Assembly: GCA_963711275.1 (NCBI GenBank)
Contig: CAVQDN010000022.1
Coordinates: 1,301 to 65,300 of the forward strand
Direction: 5' to 3'
From: an uncultured Acidobacteriaceae bacterium
GTDB lineage: Bacteria > Acidobacteriota > Terriglobia > Terriglobales > Acidobacteriaceae
Length of the DNA stretch: 64,000 bases
Positions 1-9,269 of this stretch are shown one piece after another. A program made the translations under genes and the position numbers. Every line of letters starts with the position of its first letter. Position 1 is the first letter of the stretch. The notes beneath the pieces are model-generated. The model saw nothing but the letters and a program-made list of their open reading frames with translations. It was not told the DNA's origin and searched no databases.

Positions 1-1
1 G

Positions 2-568
2 ATCACAGTGCTGCTGATCGCAGTGCTGGGCCTGACCGGTTACGCGTGGCACATGCGAAAAACGGCTGCCTCCACTCCGGTCGCTTCCACCGACACCCGT
101 CCCCTGGCCCCGCCAGTAGCCGGACCCACCGAGCGCGTCACCCTGTTTGTGGCGCACGATAACGATGGCAGCCTACGCGCCGAGTCCGCCCAGATTCCGC
201 TGCCTTCCGGACGCCAGCAGCGCGCCGAAGAACTTCTGCGCGCCCTGCTCTCGCTCTATCTTGATAAGTCCTCGCCCCACGTGCTGGGCCCCGGCGCCGA
301 AGTCCGCAGCGTCTTTCTGGTCGACCCCGGCGTCGCAGTCATCGATCTCAACTCCGCCTTCGCCGACAAGCATCGCTCCGGAATCCTCGTGGAAGAACTG
401 ACCGTAGCGTCCTTGATCCACACCATCTCCGCCAACACTCCCGGGGTTCAAAAAGTAAAGATCCTCGTAGACGGAAACGAACGCGACACCCTCGCCGGCC
501 ACGCCGACCTCTCCTCGTTCTACGACGTAAGCGCAGTAAACCAGCTAGCCGCGCAACTCTCCCCGTAG
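2..568 (+). CDS. GerMN domain-containing protein (5' end outside window)
   Basis: Frame is open to the window edge. TM-like VLLIAVLGLTGYAW, then a GerMN-like core (LFVAHDNDGSL...VIDLNSAF...KVKILVDGNERDTLAGH). Stop TAG 566-568 lies inside palindromic repeat R1. Confidence 0.6.
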   Translation: MTVLLIAVLGLTGYAWHMRKTAASTPVASTDTRPLAPPVAGPTERVTLFVAHDNDGSLRAESAQIPLPSGRQQRAEELLRALLSLYLDKSSPHVLGPGAEVRSVFLVDPGVAVIDLNSAFADKHRSGILVEELTVASLIHTISANTPGVQKVKILVDGNERDTLAGHADLSSFYDVSAVNQLAAQLSP

Positions 569-591
569 AGACGTAGCTAGCTACGTCTCTC
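565..591. repeat. R1 palindromic repeat (consensus GTAGAGACGTWGC-nn-GCWACGTCTCTAC)
   Basis: gtagagacgtagctagctacgtctctc. Contains the stop codon of the GerMN gene. Confidence 0.9.
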
Positions 592-632
592 TCCTGACAG
601 CGCCAATTCCGCTGAGCGCCCCCTGTCTCGCC

Positions 633-671
633 GGGTGCCCCATGTCTCGCCGCTTTTGCGAGACATGGGGA
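633..671. repeat. R3 palindromic repeat (GGGTGCCCCAT...hairpin...ATGGGG)
   Basis: gggtgccccatgtctcgccgcttttgcgagacatgggga. Confidence 0.75.
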
Positions 672-929
672 TTCTCTTCCACCAGGGATCGTGGAAAAGC
701 ATGATCGTGGAAGCACCGTGGAAGAGCGGCGCTTCCAGCGCCGCGTAAAGCGCCAGAATACATTCGGCTTTTGAAGGGCGGCGTAAAGTACCGCGGAAGA
801 GCGGCCCTTTAAGGGCCGCGTAGAGTGCGGGGAATGATCCCGGGCTTCAGCCCCCGTGGCCGCATTCGCTGGAGAGATCGACCCGACATCCGATTCCCGC
901 CGCACCCCATCATTTACAATCCCAAACAC

Positions 930-1667
930 ATGTTCTACCGCTCCGACAACCGATCTCCCGACCAACTCCGCCCCGTCGTCCTCACCCCGGACTTCATCTC
1001 CACCGCCGAAGGTTCCGTGCTGATTGAAGTGGGCAATACCCGCGTGATCTGCACCGCGTCGATCGAAGAGACCGTCCCATCGTTCATGCGCAACTCCGGC
1101 AAAGGATGGATCTCCAGCGAATACAGCATGCTCCCCCGCTCCACCCTGACCCGCACCCCGCGCGAGGTTTCCAAAGGCCGCCAGAGCGGACGTACCCACG
1201 AAATCCAGCGCCTGATCGGCCGTTCCTTGCGTGCCGTGACGGATCTGACGCGCCTCGGCGAACGCACCATCTGGATCGACTGCAACGTCATCCAGGCCGA
1301 CGGTGGCACCCGCACCGCCTCCATCACCGGGGCATTCGTGGCCCTCGGCCTCGCCCTGGAAAAATTGGTGGACTCAGGAACGCTAACCTCCGTTCCGCTC
1401 AAAGACTTCGTCGCCGCCGTAAGCGTAGGAATTGTGGACGGAGAAATCCTTCTCGACCTCTGCTACGAAGAAGACTCCCGCGCCGACGTAGACATGAACT
1501 TCGTCATGACCGCCGGACACAAACTAGTGGAAGTCCAGGCCACCGCCGAGCACCAGGTTTTCGACGAGCAACAATTGTCGAAGATGATCGCCTACGCCCG
1601 CCAGGGCGTGCAGACTCTAATCGCCAAGCAGCAAGCCGTGCTGCAAGCGCTGACGCTGAGGCAATAG
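930..1667 (+). CDS. rph: ribonuclease PH
   Basis: RSDNRSPDQLRPV..GSVLIEVGNTRVICTAS..GWISSEYSMLPRST..GRQSGRTHEIQRLIGRSLRAV..IWIDCNVIQADGGTRTASITGAFVAL. ATG 930 chosen because the upstream in-frame part of ORF 825..1667 runs through repeats. Confidence 0.9.
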   Translation: MFYRSDNRSPDQLRPVVLTPDFISTAEGSVLIEVGNTRVICTASIEETVPSFMRNSGKGWISSEYSMLPRSTLTRTPREVSKGRQSGRTHEIQRLIGRSLRAVTDLTRLGERTIWIDCNVIQADGGTRTASITGAFVALGLALEKLVDSGTLTSVPLKDFVAAVSVGIVDGEILLDLCYEEDSRADVDMNFVMTAGHKLVEVQATAEHQVFDEQQLSKMIAYARQGVQTLIAKQQAVLQALTLRQ

Positions 1668-1986
1668 CCGCGAAACATGTGTGCCCCCTGGCACCTATGC
1701 CAGGATGGCTGCTCCCGCCCCGACTGAAGATAATTCCTCGTGCCTCGATTGAATCAAACAATCGTCAATGCGTGACATGGGGATTTTTCATCAATCAACT
1801 GGCAGTCGATGGGAGTTTGTGGAAGCCAGTGCGGGAAAAGGGGCTGTGTTCCACGGAAGCAGTTGGTAGAGAGCAACCGAGAACAGGATGCCGACTGGAC
1901 GGCTTAGTGCCCCTACTCTATTAGCTTCCATCGTGTGATAATGTGCGACTGACGCGGGCACGGACGATCACGCGGGACGCAGGAGA

Positions 1987-3723
1987 ATGAGCACAGGTGG
2001 CCGAGGTGCGAATGGCTGCGCGCGAATACGCCCTTTTTCTGCGGCTCTCGTTCTCGTCTTGTCGCTGACGGCGGCGTCTTGCGGTGGTGGTCGGGCGACA
2101 CAGCCACAGCCACCACCAGCAGCGCCGTTCTTCCTCCAGGGCGCGGGTACGCTGAGGCCCCTGGTGACCGTTGGTAGTTCGATCCCGTATGGTATCGGTG
2201 CTACCCCGCCTACGGTCACGGCACATCCGGGCATGATTGCTGTCACAATTTCTGGGATGCCTTCCGGGCTGACCGTGAATCCCGATTCCTTCTCACTAGA
2301 TCCAAACAGCAACACCGGACAGACAGTAACGATTACGGCTGCCAATTCATTGCTACCTGGCGTCTACCCCATCACAGTTACTGGCACGAACCAGAGCGGG
2401 AGCAACTCCATAACCGTCACCGTCGGCGTGATGGAACCGACACCGCCGCCCACGCCTATGCAAGCAAACGTCATCTATAGCTTCAGCGGCGCATCCGATG
2501 GCGGAGCCGCATCGGGTCCATTGATCTCGGACAACGCCGGGAATCTTTATGGCGCGACATACGAAGGCGGTACGTATGAGTTAGGAGGAACGGTATTCGA
2601 GCTTTCGTTTTCAAATGGTACGTGGCAAAAAACAGTTCTTTACAGTTTTGGTGACGGTCAGCCGTTAGGTGCTTTGGTTTTCGACGACACGGGAAATCTG
2701 TACGGAGTAACCGGGGAAACCGGCAATTTATGCAACCCAAACGGGTGTAGCGGTGCAAGCAAGGGAACCGTTTACGAGCTCACACCTACGGGATCAGGAT
2801 GGCAGAGAACGGTGTTGCATACCTTTGGTGGCTCTCCAGACGGCGAGCAGCCGGACGCTGGCTTGGTGATGGACAAAGCGGGCAACCTCTATGGAACTAC
2901 GGAGTACGGAGGCGATTCCTCTAAACTAGATTGCGGAGGGGGAGGGTGCGGCACGGTATTCACTCTGCAGCGCTCCGGGAATGGTTGGGTCTACACGGTG
3001 ATCCACACCTTCGAGTATTCCGATGGAGCCAGTCCGCAGTCGGAGTTAATTATCGACCAACAAGGAAATCTTTATGGTACCGCCTTCACCGGCGGGGACA
3101 ACAATTGCCCGTGGGTTCAGCGATCCGCGGTAGGCATTGTAAGTGGCCCCGAATGTGGAACAGTTTTTGAGCTGAGTTTATCGGGAGGTATGTGGCAAGA
3201 AAGCACGATATACACTTTTCACGCAAGCTACGAAGGCGCGGGTCCAACCGGGCTGCTGCTCGACTCGGTGGGCAATCTTTATGGCTTCACCACTTTCGGT
3301 GGTTTCGATACCCTCCTATGTGCTCAGTGCGGCAACTTTTTTAAACTGACCCCCGCCGGCAGCGGTTGGACGCTTACCCCACTCTATTACTTCCTGGGGG
3401 GTGACGATGGCCTGCAACCCTTCGCTAATCTGGTTCGCGATCAGGCGGGAAACATTTATGGCCTGACGCCAAATGGCGGCCCTCCGAACTGTGGCGATTC
3501 TAGTAGCGGCTATTACGGTTGTGGGGCGGTTGTTCGCCTTTCCCAAACCGGAGGGCTGGGCCAAACCGGGCAGGGCTTCGCAGAAACCGGATACTACGAT
3601 TTTCCCGGCGGCACCGCTGGTTGGGTTCCTTGGTCACTCACGCTACGCAGTGGTCATCTCTACGGCACGGCACAGCAGGGAGGCTTACCTGGGAGTGGTG
3701 TAATCTTCGAGATTAGTCCCTGA
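1987..3723 (+). CDS. lipoprotein with about 7 Gloeo_Verruco (GloVer)-type tandem repeats, probable beta-propeller
   Basis: Signal/lipobox LSLTAASC. Repeated G-N-L-Y-G-x-T...GG...G-T-V-F-E-L units (GNLYGATYEGG..GTVFELS, GNLYGTTEYGG..GTVFTLQ, GNLYGTAFTGG..GTVFELS and others). Confidence 0.75.
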   Translation: MSTGGRGANGCARIRPFSAALVLVLSLTAASCGGGRATQPQPPPAAPFFLQGAGTLRPLVTVGSSIPYGIGATPPTVTAHPGMIAVTISGMPSGLTVNPDSFSLDPNSNTGQTVTITAANSLLPGVYPITVTGTNQSGSNSITVTVGVMEPTPPPTPMQANVIYSFSGASDGGAASGPLISDNAGNLYGATYEGGTYELGGTVFELSFSNGTWQKTVLYSFGDGQPLGALVFDDTGNLYGVTGETGNLCNPNGCSGASKGTVYELTPTGSGWQRTVLHTFGGSPDGEQPDAGLVMDKAGNLYGTTEYGGDSSKLDCGGGGCGTVFTLQRSGNGWVYTVIHTFEYSDGASPQSELIIDQQGNLYGTAFTGGDNNCPWVQRSAVGIVSGPECGTVFELSLSGGMWQESTIYTFHASYEGAGPTGLLLDSVGNLYGFTTFGGFDTLLCAQCGNFFKLTPAGSGWTLTPLYYFLGGDDGLQPFANLVRDQAGNIYGLTPNGGPPNCGDSSSGYYGCGAVVRLSQTGGLGQTGQGFAETGYYDFPGGTAGWVPWSLTLRSGHLYGTAQQGGLPGSGVIFEISP

Positions 3724-4175
3724 GACGCAGTCCGGCATACACGATTTGTCCTCGGAACCACAATGCTGCGCGATGCTGGCTGTTCGGGGGCTGGCCCAGC
3801 CGTAGCCTAACACGACACGGGATGCCCCACCCGTGGCAGTTTCACGGGTGGCTGCTGCGATCTCTCCCTGGCATGTTCATCGTGGCATGTTCATCGGTCA
3901 CAGACTAAATCGTCGCATTCCTGTTACATCGTTTCAATGCTGACAACTGCACCGCTACTACGGCTCCGGATACTCCCGCTTTATTGCCACAAGTTCCTAT
4001 CAGCGCCGTCCCCTTCTCGGCACACCCCGCTCTCGCGATCTCTTTCTCGAGGTCATGTCTTCGAAGTGCCGTAGCAGATTCGCCAGCGCCCATCAATTTT
4101 TTGGTTTGGAGACGATTGGCACCGGTAAAGTGAACAAGGCCGCCTCTCGCCCAACATGGTAAGGCGGCCCTGCAT

Positions 4176-4742
4176 TTAGTTTGCTGGGGAGAAGTCGAGC
4201 TTGGTGTCTCCGCTCAGGCTTACCGTGAGGGTCGTAGCCTTGCCGTTGTGCCACGCCGTTGCCTTGTATGTGCCATCCGGGACATCCTTGATCGAGTAGT
4301 CGCCAGCGTCCGTTTCGGCGAAGTACGGCGAGGGGCTGACCACGATAGTACCTGACATCTCAGTGTGCAATGAGCACAGCAGCGGCACATTCCCGGCGTT
4401 GTCATATTTGAAGCTCAAGGTCTTGCCCTTGTTGAAGGTGCCAACGTTGTGAGCGAGCTTTTTGTTGCCGGAAATATTCGGCCATAAGACGTTGTGAGCC
4501 ACGCTATCACTGTTGGTAAACACGACTGTGGTGCCCTGCTGGATGACCAAAAACGCGGGTACGAATTTCATGCCCCGCTGATCCATCGCAGCGTTCTGGC
4601 TGGGCGCAGGATAGGATTTGGCGGGTACAGGCTCAAGCACCACCGCCGACTGGCCCGTCGCTTTGACGTTTCCGCTTAACGTTCCGGCGAAAGCACCAGG
4701 GCATAAGAACAGCAGGCCAAAGAGCAACGAAACGACTTTCAT
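4176..4742 (-). CDS. secreted cupredoxin (plastocyanin/azurin-like) domain protein with C-terminal beta-sandwich
   Basis: Signal MKVVSLLFGLLFLCPGAFA. Cu-ligand-like pattern ..SDSVAHNV...CSLHTEMSG. GGAGG-type RBS before ATG 4742. C-terminal DYSIKDVPDGTYKATAW resembles the carboxypeptidase-regulatory fold. Confidence 0.7.
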   Translation of the reverse strand: MKVVSLLFGLLFLCPGAFAGTLSGNVKATGQSAVVLEPVPAKSYPAPSQNAAMDQRGMKFVPAFLVIQQGTTVVFTNSDSVAHNVLWPNISGNKKLAHNVGTFNKGKTLSFKYDNAGNVPLLCSLHTEMSGTIVVSPSPYFAETDAGDYSIKDVPDGTYKATAWHNGKATTLTVSLSGDTKLDFSPAN

Positions 4743-4768
4743 AAATATTCCTCCCTCAAATGCCACCC

Positions 4769-5713
4769 TTACTTGCGGGGTGGATACCGCGATAAGTACA
4801 AATATGCATCCGCCGCCTCATCCGGCGTGAGGTACGTAAAGACGGGCATGTGACCACGGACGGCTGCTGGGGGCGATCCTTCCAGCGCGGTCGCACCGGC
4901 TGTGACCTTGGTGACGAATTGGTTGAGATCCAGCCGCGAAGTGAAACTGCTGAGCGGCGGGATTTGCCCCGCCATCAACTCCCGGGGGCTGGGGTTATGG
5001 CCGACCGATGCATGGCAGATATGGCATGTGGACTTCACGATATGCTCGCCCACGCGCAAGGGCGGCTCGACCACCGGAACTTGCTCCTTCTCCGCGCCGG
5101 GGATGCCGGCAAGCTGCCGCAGGTATGCGAACAGCGAGCGGACTTCCACATCCGTGAGGTCGGGATTAGGCGAAGGCATGTCGGTCCCGCCCTTGTGAAG
5201 CCGGGTGAGCAGCATGTCCCTGGCCTGTTTGGCGAGCGCCGCGGCATCCTTCGAAGTCACGTCCATCCCAGCCTTCTTCATGCGGTCCATGTACATCCTT
5301 GCTGATGTGGCCCGCACGGGGTCGATGACGGAGTTTATCTCGGGCGGGGCGCCGCCGCCGGACGCGCCGTGGCAGGCTTGGCACTTCAGGCGGTACAGAT
5401 CGGACCCATACAGTCGAGTGGTTTGCCCGGTGAACTTGTTGGAAAGCTGCAACGGAGGGTGCGGGGCCTGCCCTTCGCCGGGGATCGAGGCCGCGGGGCC
5501 GTAGACGAAGGACGACTTGCCCATGCTGGTTGCGTCAAACGCCCGGTGTCTTTGCTCCAGCCAGCTTTCTCCCTCCACCGGAGTCACAACTTGGGGGTAC
5601 CCCGAACACGACAGCGCCACCAGGAAAAATACTACCGCTACTACCTTCGTCCATGTCTCATGCCGGTTTAGTCGCCTCACAAGACGAGCGTCGGCAAAAG
5701 GTATTAGGAGCAT
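4769..5713 (-). CDS. dihaem c-type cytochrome
   Basis: Two CxxCH motifs (CQACH, CHICH) and an N-terminal hydrophobic anchor. Lies 27 nt upstream of the cupredoxin gene on the same strand. Confidence 0.75.
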   Translation of the reverse strand: MLLIPFADARLVRRLNRHETWTKVVAVVFFLVALSCSGYPQVVTPVEGESWLEQRHRAFDATSMGKSSFVYGPAASIPGEGQAPHPPLQLSNKFTGQTTRLYGSDLYRLKCQACHGASGGGAPPEINSVIDPVRATSARMYMDRMKKAGMDVTSKDAAALAKQARDMLLTRLHKGGTDMPSPNPDLTDVEVRSLFAYLRQLAGIPGAEKEQVPVVEPPLRVGEHIVKSTCHICHASVGHNPSPRELMAGQIPPLSSFTSRLDLNQFVTKVTAGATALEGSPPAAVRGHMPVFTYLTPDEAADAYLYLSRYPPRK

Positions 5714-6161
5714 TCTTCCTCTTTGGTCTCGCAGATAGCAGCCTTCCTACTCGCTGTGTTTAGTGATCCATAAATGCGGCTGCCGACAAGATTGCCCGAA
5801 CAGTCTGCTGACGTGTCGAACTCGTGCGGATGTGAGGGTCCAATCGTCGCTCATATGGTCATCACTAATCCTTTGCTCTCCCAAAGAAGGACAACGCAGC
5901 GGTTCTGTCGGCGGTCGCATTAAGAGTTACTTTTCAGTTTGAATTATCTGTCTCAAGATAACGTTGGGACCGTTCACAATTGCTCACTTCTCGCAATTAT
6001 TCCCCAACCTGCGCGTTCCTCGCTGTGAGGTTGCCGAGATGGAAGCAGCAAACGCTGGTGGAGTGGAGACGGTAGTTGAGAACAACTCTGCAGCGGATGG
6101 GTTAGGTTGCTGTTGTTAACACGATTTCACTTGTTTGAGAATTAATGCAGCAGGCGCTGCT

Positions 6162-7526
6162 CTACGCGATCCACACCGTCTTGGCATTCACAAACTCGCG
6201 AATACCAAGCGCTCCCAACTCGCGCCCGTGCCCCGACTGCTTCACCCCGCCAAACGGAATGCGCGGATCGGAAGCGACCATCTTGTTGATGAACACCATC
6301 CCCGCTTCCAGTTCGTTGATGAAACGCTCGCGCTCTTTGTCGTCATTCGTCCAAGCGCTCGCCCCCAGCCCAAAGCGCACATCGTTGGCGATGCGGATCG
6401 CCTCATCCTGATCCTTCGCCCGGAAAATCGACGCCACCGGCCCGAAGAGTTCCTCGCCATAAGCGGGCGAACCTTTCGGAATGTTGGTCAATACGGTGGA
6501 CGCATAGAAATTTCCCTTGCCCTTCAGCGGATGCCCGCCAGTCAGCACCTTCGCTCCCGCCTTCACCGTTTTCTGCACATCGGCATCGAGCGAAGTCACC
6601 GCATCGGCCGTAGCCAGCGGACCCAACTCAGTCTTCTCATCAAACGGATCGCCGATCTTCAGGTTCTCCATGCGGTCCACAAACTTGCGCTCAAACTCCG
6701 CCGCGATCGGCTCGGCCACGATAAACCGCTTCGCCGCAATGCACGACTGCCCGTTGTTGATGACCCGCGCCTCCACCGCCGTCTTCACAGCCGCGTTCAA
6801 ATCCGCACTCGGCATCACAATGAACGGATCGCTCCCGCCCAACTCCAGCACAACTTTCTTGACTCGCTTCGCCGCTCCAATGCCCACCTGAATTCCGGCC
6901 TGCTCGCTGCCAGTCAGCGTCGCCGCCACTACCCGCGGATCGTTGAGCAGCGCATCCACCTGCGCCGAACCGATCAGCAGCGTCTGAAACACACCCTCGG
7001 GAAAGCCGGCTTCCAGGAAGATGCTCTCAATCGCCAGCGCGCACTGCGGCACATTCGACGCATGCTTCAGCAATCCAATATTGCCCGCCATCAGCGCCGG
7101 CGCCGCAAAACGAATCACTTGCCAGAAAGGAAAATTCCACGGCATCACCGCCAGAACCGGCCCGATCGGTAGATATCGTATGAAGCTCTTCTTCGCCCCC
7201 GTCTCAACAATTTCATCAGCCAGAAACCGCTCCGCATTTTCGGCATAGTAGCGGCACGCCGTCGTACACTTCACCGCCTCCGCGACGGCAGCCTTGTAGG
7301 GCTTGCCCATCTCCAGCGTCATCAAGTGAGCGAACTTGTCCTTGTCGCGCTCCAGAATCTCGGCCGCCTTCAGCATGCGTTTCGCGCGCACAGCAAACGG
7401 CGTCTTGCGCTCAGCCTTAAACGCGGTGACGGCAAGCTGCAACTTTTTCTCGATCTCAGCCTCCGAAAGCGCCTGAAATGTTTTGACTACTTCGCCCGTT
7501 GCGGGATTAATGGTTGCAATGGCCAT
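6162..7526 (-). CDS. NAD(P)-dependent aldehyde dehydrogenase, succinate-semialdehyde dehydrogenase-like
   Basis: MAIATINPATGEV.., FPFWQV, ELGGSDP, GQSCIAAKR and PFGGVKQSGHGRELG are classic ALDH motifs. ATG 7526 preferred over the upstream in-frame start. Confidence 0.85.
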   Translation of the reverse strand: MAIATINPATGEVVKTFQALSEAEIEKKLQLAVTAFKAERKTPFAVRAKRMLKAAEILERDKDKFAHLMTLEMGKPYKAAVAEAVKCTTACRYYAENAERFLADEIVETGAKKSFIRYLPIGPVLAVMPWNFPFWQVIRFAAPALMAGNIGLLKHASNVPQCALAIESIFLEAGFPEGVFQTLLIGSAQVDALLNDPRVVAATLTGSEQAGIQVGIGAAKRVKKVVLELGGSDPFIVMPSADLNAAVKTAVEARVINNGQSCIAAKRFIVAEPIAAEFERKFVDRMENLKIGDPFDEKTELGPLATADAVTSLDADVQKTVKAGAKVLTGGHPLKGKGNFYASTVLTNIPKGSPAYGEELFGPVASIFRAKDQDEAIRIANDVRFGLGASAWTNDDKERERFINELEAGMVFINKMVASDPRIPFGGVKQSGHGRELGALGIREFVNAKTVWIA

Positions 7527-7693
7527 GATGGCGGGACTTCCTTTCGTTTCTATGATTGGGCTTCGAGATTTTAAGGTTGCAGGACGCAAATCTAGGCGCG
7601 TGTGAGCCCGCAGACTGGTCAGACCACTATACTATTTTGGATTGCTGAACCCCGGAAGGCAGTATCTACTTTGCGTATATACAAGGGACATTC

Positions 7694-7924
7694 ATGACTA
7701 CTGCAAAGGTGTTTCGCTCCGGCAATAGCCAGGCAGTTCGACTGCCCAAACGATACCGGTTCAAGGGCAAGGAAGTGGAGATTTTCCGTCGGGGCAATGA
7801 AGTTGTTTTGCGGGAAAAGTCCGATAATCTGGCAGACGCCTTTGACCTGATCATCGGCTTGCCCGACGACTTGGAAATTCCGGATCGCAAAACGGATCTT
7901 CCACGGGAACGCGGAGGCTCGTGA
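7694..7924 (+). CDS. vapB: type II antitoxin, AbrB/MazE/SpoVT-fold VapB family
   Basis: MTTAKVFRSGNSQAVRLPKRYRF.G.EVEI.R.G..VVL is the SpoVT/AbrB swapped-hairpin signature. Confidence 0.8.
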   Translation: MTTAKVFRSGNSQAVRLPKRYRFKGKEVEIFRRGNEVVLREKSDNLADAFDLIIGLPDDLEIPDRKTDLPRERGGS

Positions 7925-8064
7925 ATGGACACGCGCTACCTGCTCGACGCGAACATCGATCTTTGGATCGTGGCTGCGCTGTCCGCAGGACTGACCCTGG
8001 TGACGAATAACGAAAGGAATTCCGCCGTGCCCCTGCACTGAAGATCCAGAACTGGACCGCCTGA
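7925..8064 (+). pseudogene. vapC: vapC (PIN toxin) remnant with an internal deletion and a frameshift
   Basis: ATG 7925 gives MDTRYLLDANI (PIN N-terminus) joined directly to DLWIVAALSAGLTLVTNNER (PIN C-terminus). The expected tail EFRRAPALKIQNWTA is reached only after a 1-nt shift near 8010. About 40 codons remain versus about 130 expected. Confidence 0.6.
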
Positions 8065-8148
8065 CTTTGCTCCCCGTGGTTTACAATAATCCGTTCCGCG
8101 CACTCGTCTTCATTGTGCAATTCTGATTCTGCAATTCTGGAGGATCCT

Positions 8149-9150
8149 ATGAAAATCACACCCGGCAAACTGGCCGGCCTTAAAAAAGTCTCGAACGAAC
8201 GCGGCATCATCGCCGCCGCTGCCATGGACCAGCGCGGCTCCCTGCAAAAATCGCTAGCCAAGGAAAAAGGCGGCGAAATTACCGACGCCATGATGGAAGA
8301 GTTCAAGATCCTGGTCACCGAAGTTCTCACCCCGCATGCCTCCGCGATTCTGCTCGACCCCGAGTGGGGACTGCCCGCCTCCAAGCGCCGCGCCAAGAAT
8401 GCCGGCCTGCTGCTCGCCTATGAGAAGACGGGATACGACAAGACCGGCCCCGGCCGCCTCGGCGATCTGCTCGACCACTGGTCCGCCCGCCGCCTGAAAG
8501 AAGCCGGCGCCGATTGCGTCAAGATTCTGCTCTACTACACGCCCGACGATCCCAAAGACGTCAACGACAAGAAGCACGCCTGGGTCGAGCGCATCGGCGA
8601 CGAATGCCGCGCCAATGACATCCCCTACTTCCTTGAATTCGTCGGCTATCAGGAAGGCGCGGACGAGAAGGGTCTCGACTACGCCAAAAAGAAACCGCAC
8701 ATCGTGACCGAAAGCATGCGCGAATTCAGCAAAGACCGCTACGGCGTCAACGTGCTCAAAGTCGAAGTGCCCGTGAACATGAAATTCGTCGAAGGCACCA
8801 AATCGTTTGGCGGACAAAAGGCCTACACCAAAAAAGAAGCCATCGAGTTGTTCCACAAAGCCGCCAACGTCGCCACCAAGCCATTCATTTATTTGTCCGC
8901 CGGCGTCAGCAATGCTGAGTTCAGCGAGACTCTCGAACTCGCCGGAGAATCCGGCGTGAAGTTCAATGGCGTCCTCTGCGGCCGCGCCACCTGGAAAGAC
9001 GGCATCCCGATCTACGCCAAGCAAGGCGCGAATGCCTTCCGCAAATGGCTCGAAACCGAGGGCGTAAAAAACATCCACAACGTCAATGACAAACTGAAGG
9101 CCGCAACCAGTTGGCATTCCATCTACGGCGTAGAACTAGTCCACGCATAG
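8149..9150 (+). CDS. class I aldolase, tagatose-1,6-bisphosphate aldolase (LacD)-like
   Basis: MKITPGKLAGLKKVSNERGIIAAAAMDQRGSLQKSL.. resembles the LacD family N-terminus. RBS GGAGGA before ATG 8149. Confidence 0.75.
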   Translation: MKITPGKLAGLKKVSNERGIIAAAAMDQRGSLQKSLAKEKGGEITDAMMEEFKILVTEVLTPHASAILLDPEWGLPASKRRAKNAGLLLAYEKTGYDKTGPGRLGDLLDHWSARRLKEAGADCVKILLYYTPDDPKDVNDKKHAWVERIGDECRANDIPYFLEFVGYQEGADEKGLDYAKKKPHIVTESMREFSKDRYGVNVLKVEVPVNMKFVEGTKSFGGQKAYTKKEAIELFHKAANVATKPFIYLSAGVSNAEFSETLELAGESGVKFNGVLCGRATWKDGIPIYAKQGANAFRKWLETEGVKNIHNVNDKLKAATSWHSIYGVELVHA

Positions 9151-9174
9151 GGGTTGTTGGCAGAGAATAGAAAT

Positions 9175-9221
9175 GGGTGCCCCATCCTAACGTCGCGCTC
9201 GTTGCGACGTTAGAGTGGGGA
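9175..9221. repeat. R3 palindromic repeat
   Basis: gggtgccccatcctaacgtcgcgctcgttgcgacgttagagtgggga. Confidence 0.8.
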
Positions 9222-9269
9222 TTTTGACTTTCCTAAACCCAACGCCAGCCACCCGCTAAAATATCCCGC

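Noticed and set aside
348-1199. 283-aa minus-strand ORF spanning the GerMN/rph intergenic region.
   Set aside because: It runs antisense through rph and through the R1/R3/R5 repeats. Its composition is Arg/Gly-rich nonsense.
3905-4096. 63-aa minus-strand ORF in the gap between the GloVer lipoprotein gene and the cupredoxin gene.
   Set aside because: It is short, has no RBS or family signature, and lies next to repeat sequence and a 13-nt tandem duplication (3868-3897).
6135-7172. Long antisense ORFs opposite real genes. Examples: 6135..7172, 13570..14697, 17117..18193, 20665..21621, 33849..35171, 35229..36452, 56260..56814 and 62286..63179.
   Set aside because: These are Arg/Ala/Gly-rich shadow ORFs typical of high-GC DNA. 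Each is fully contained in a strongly supported gene on the other strand, and none shows a family signature.
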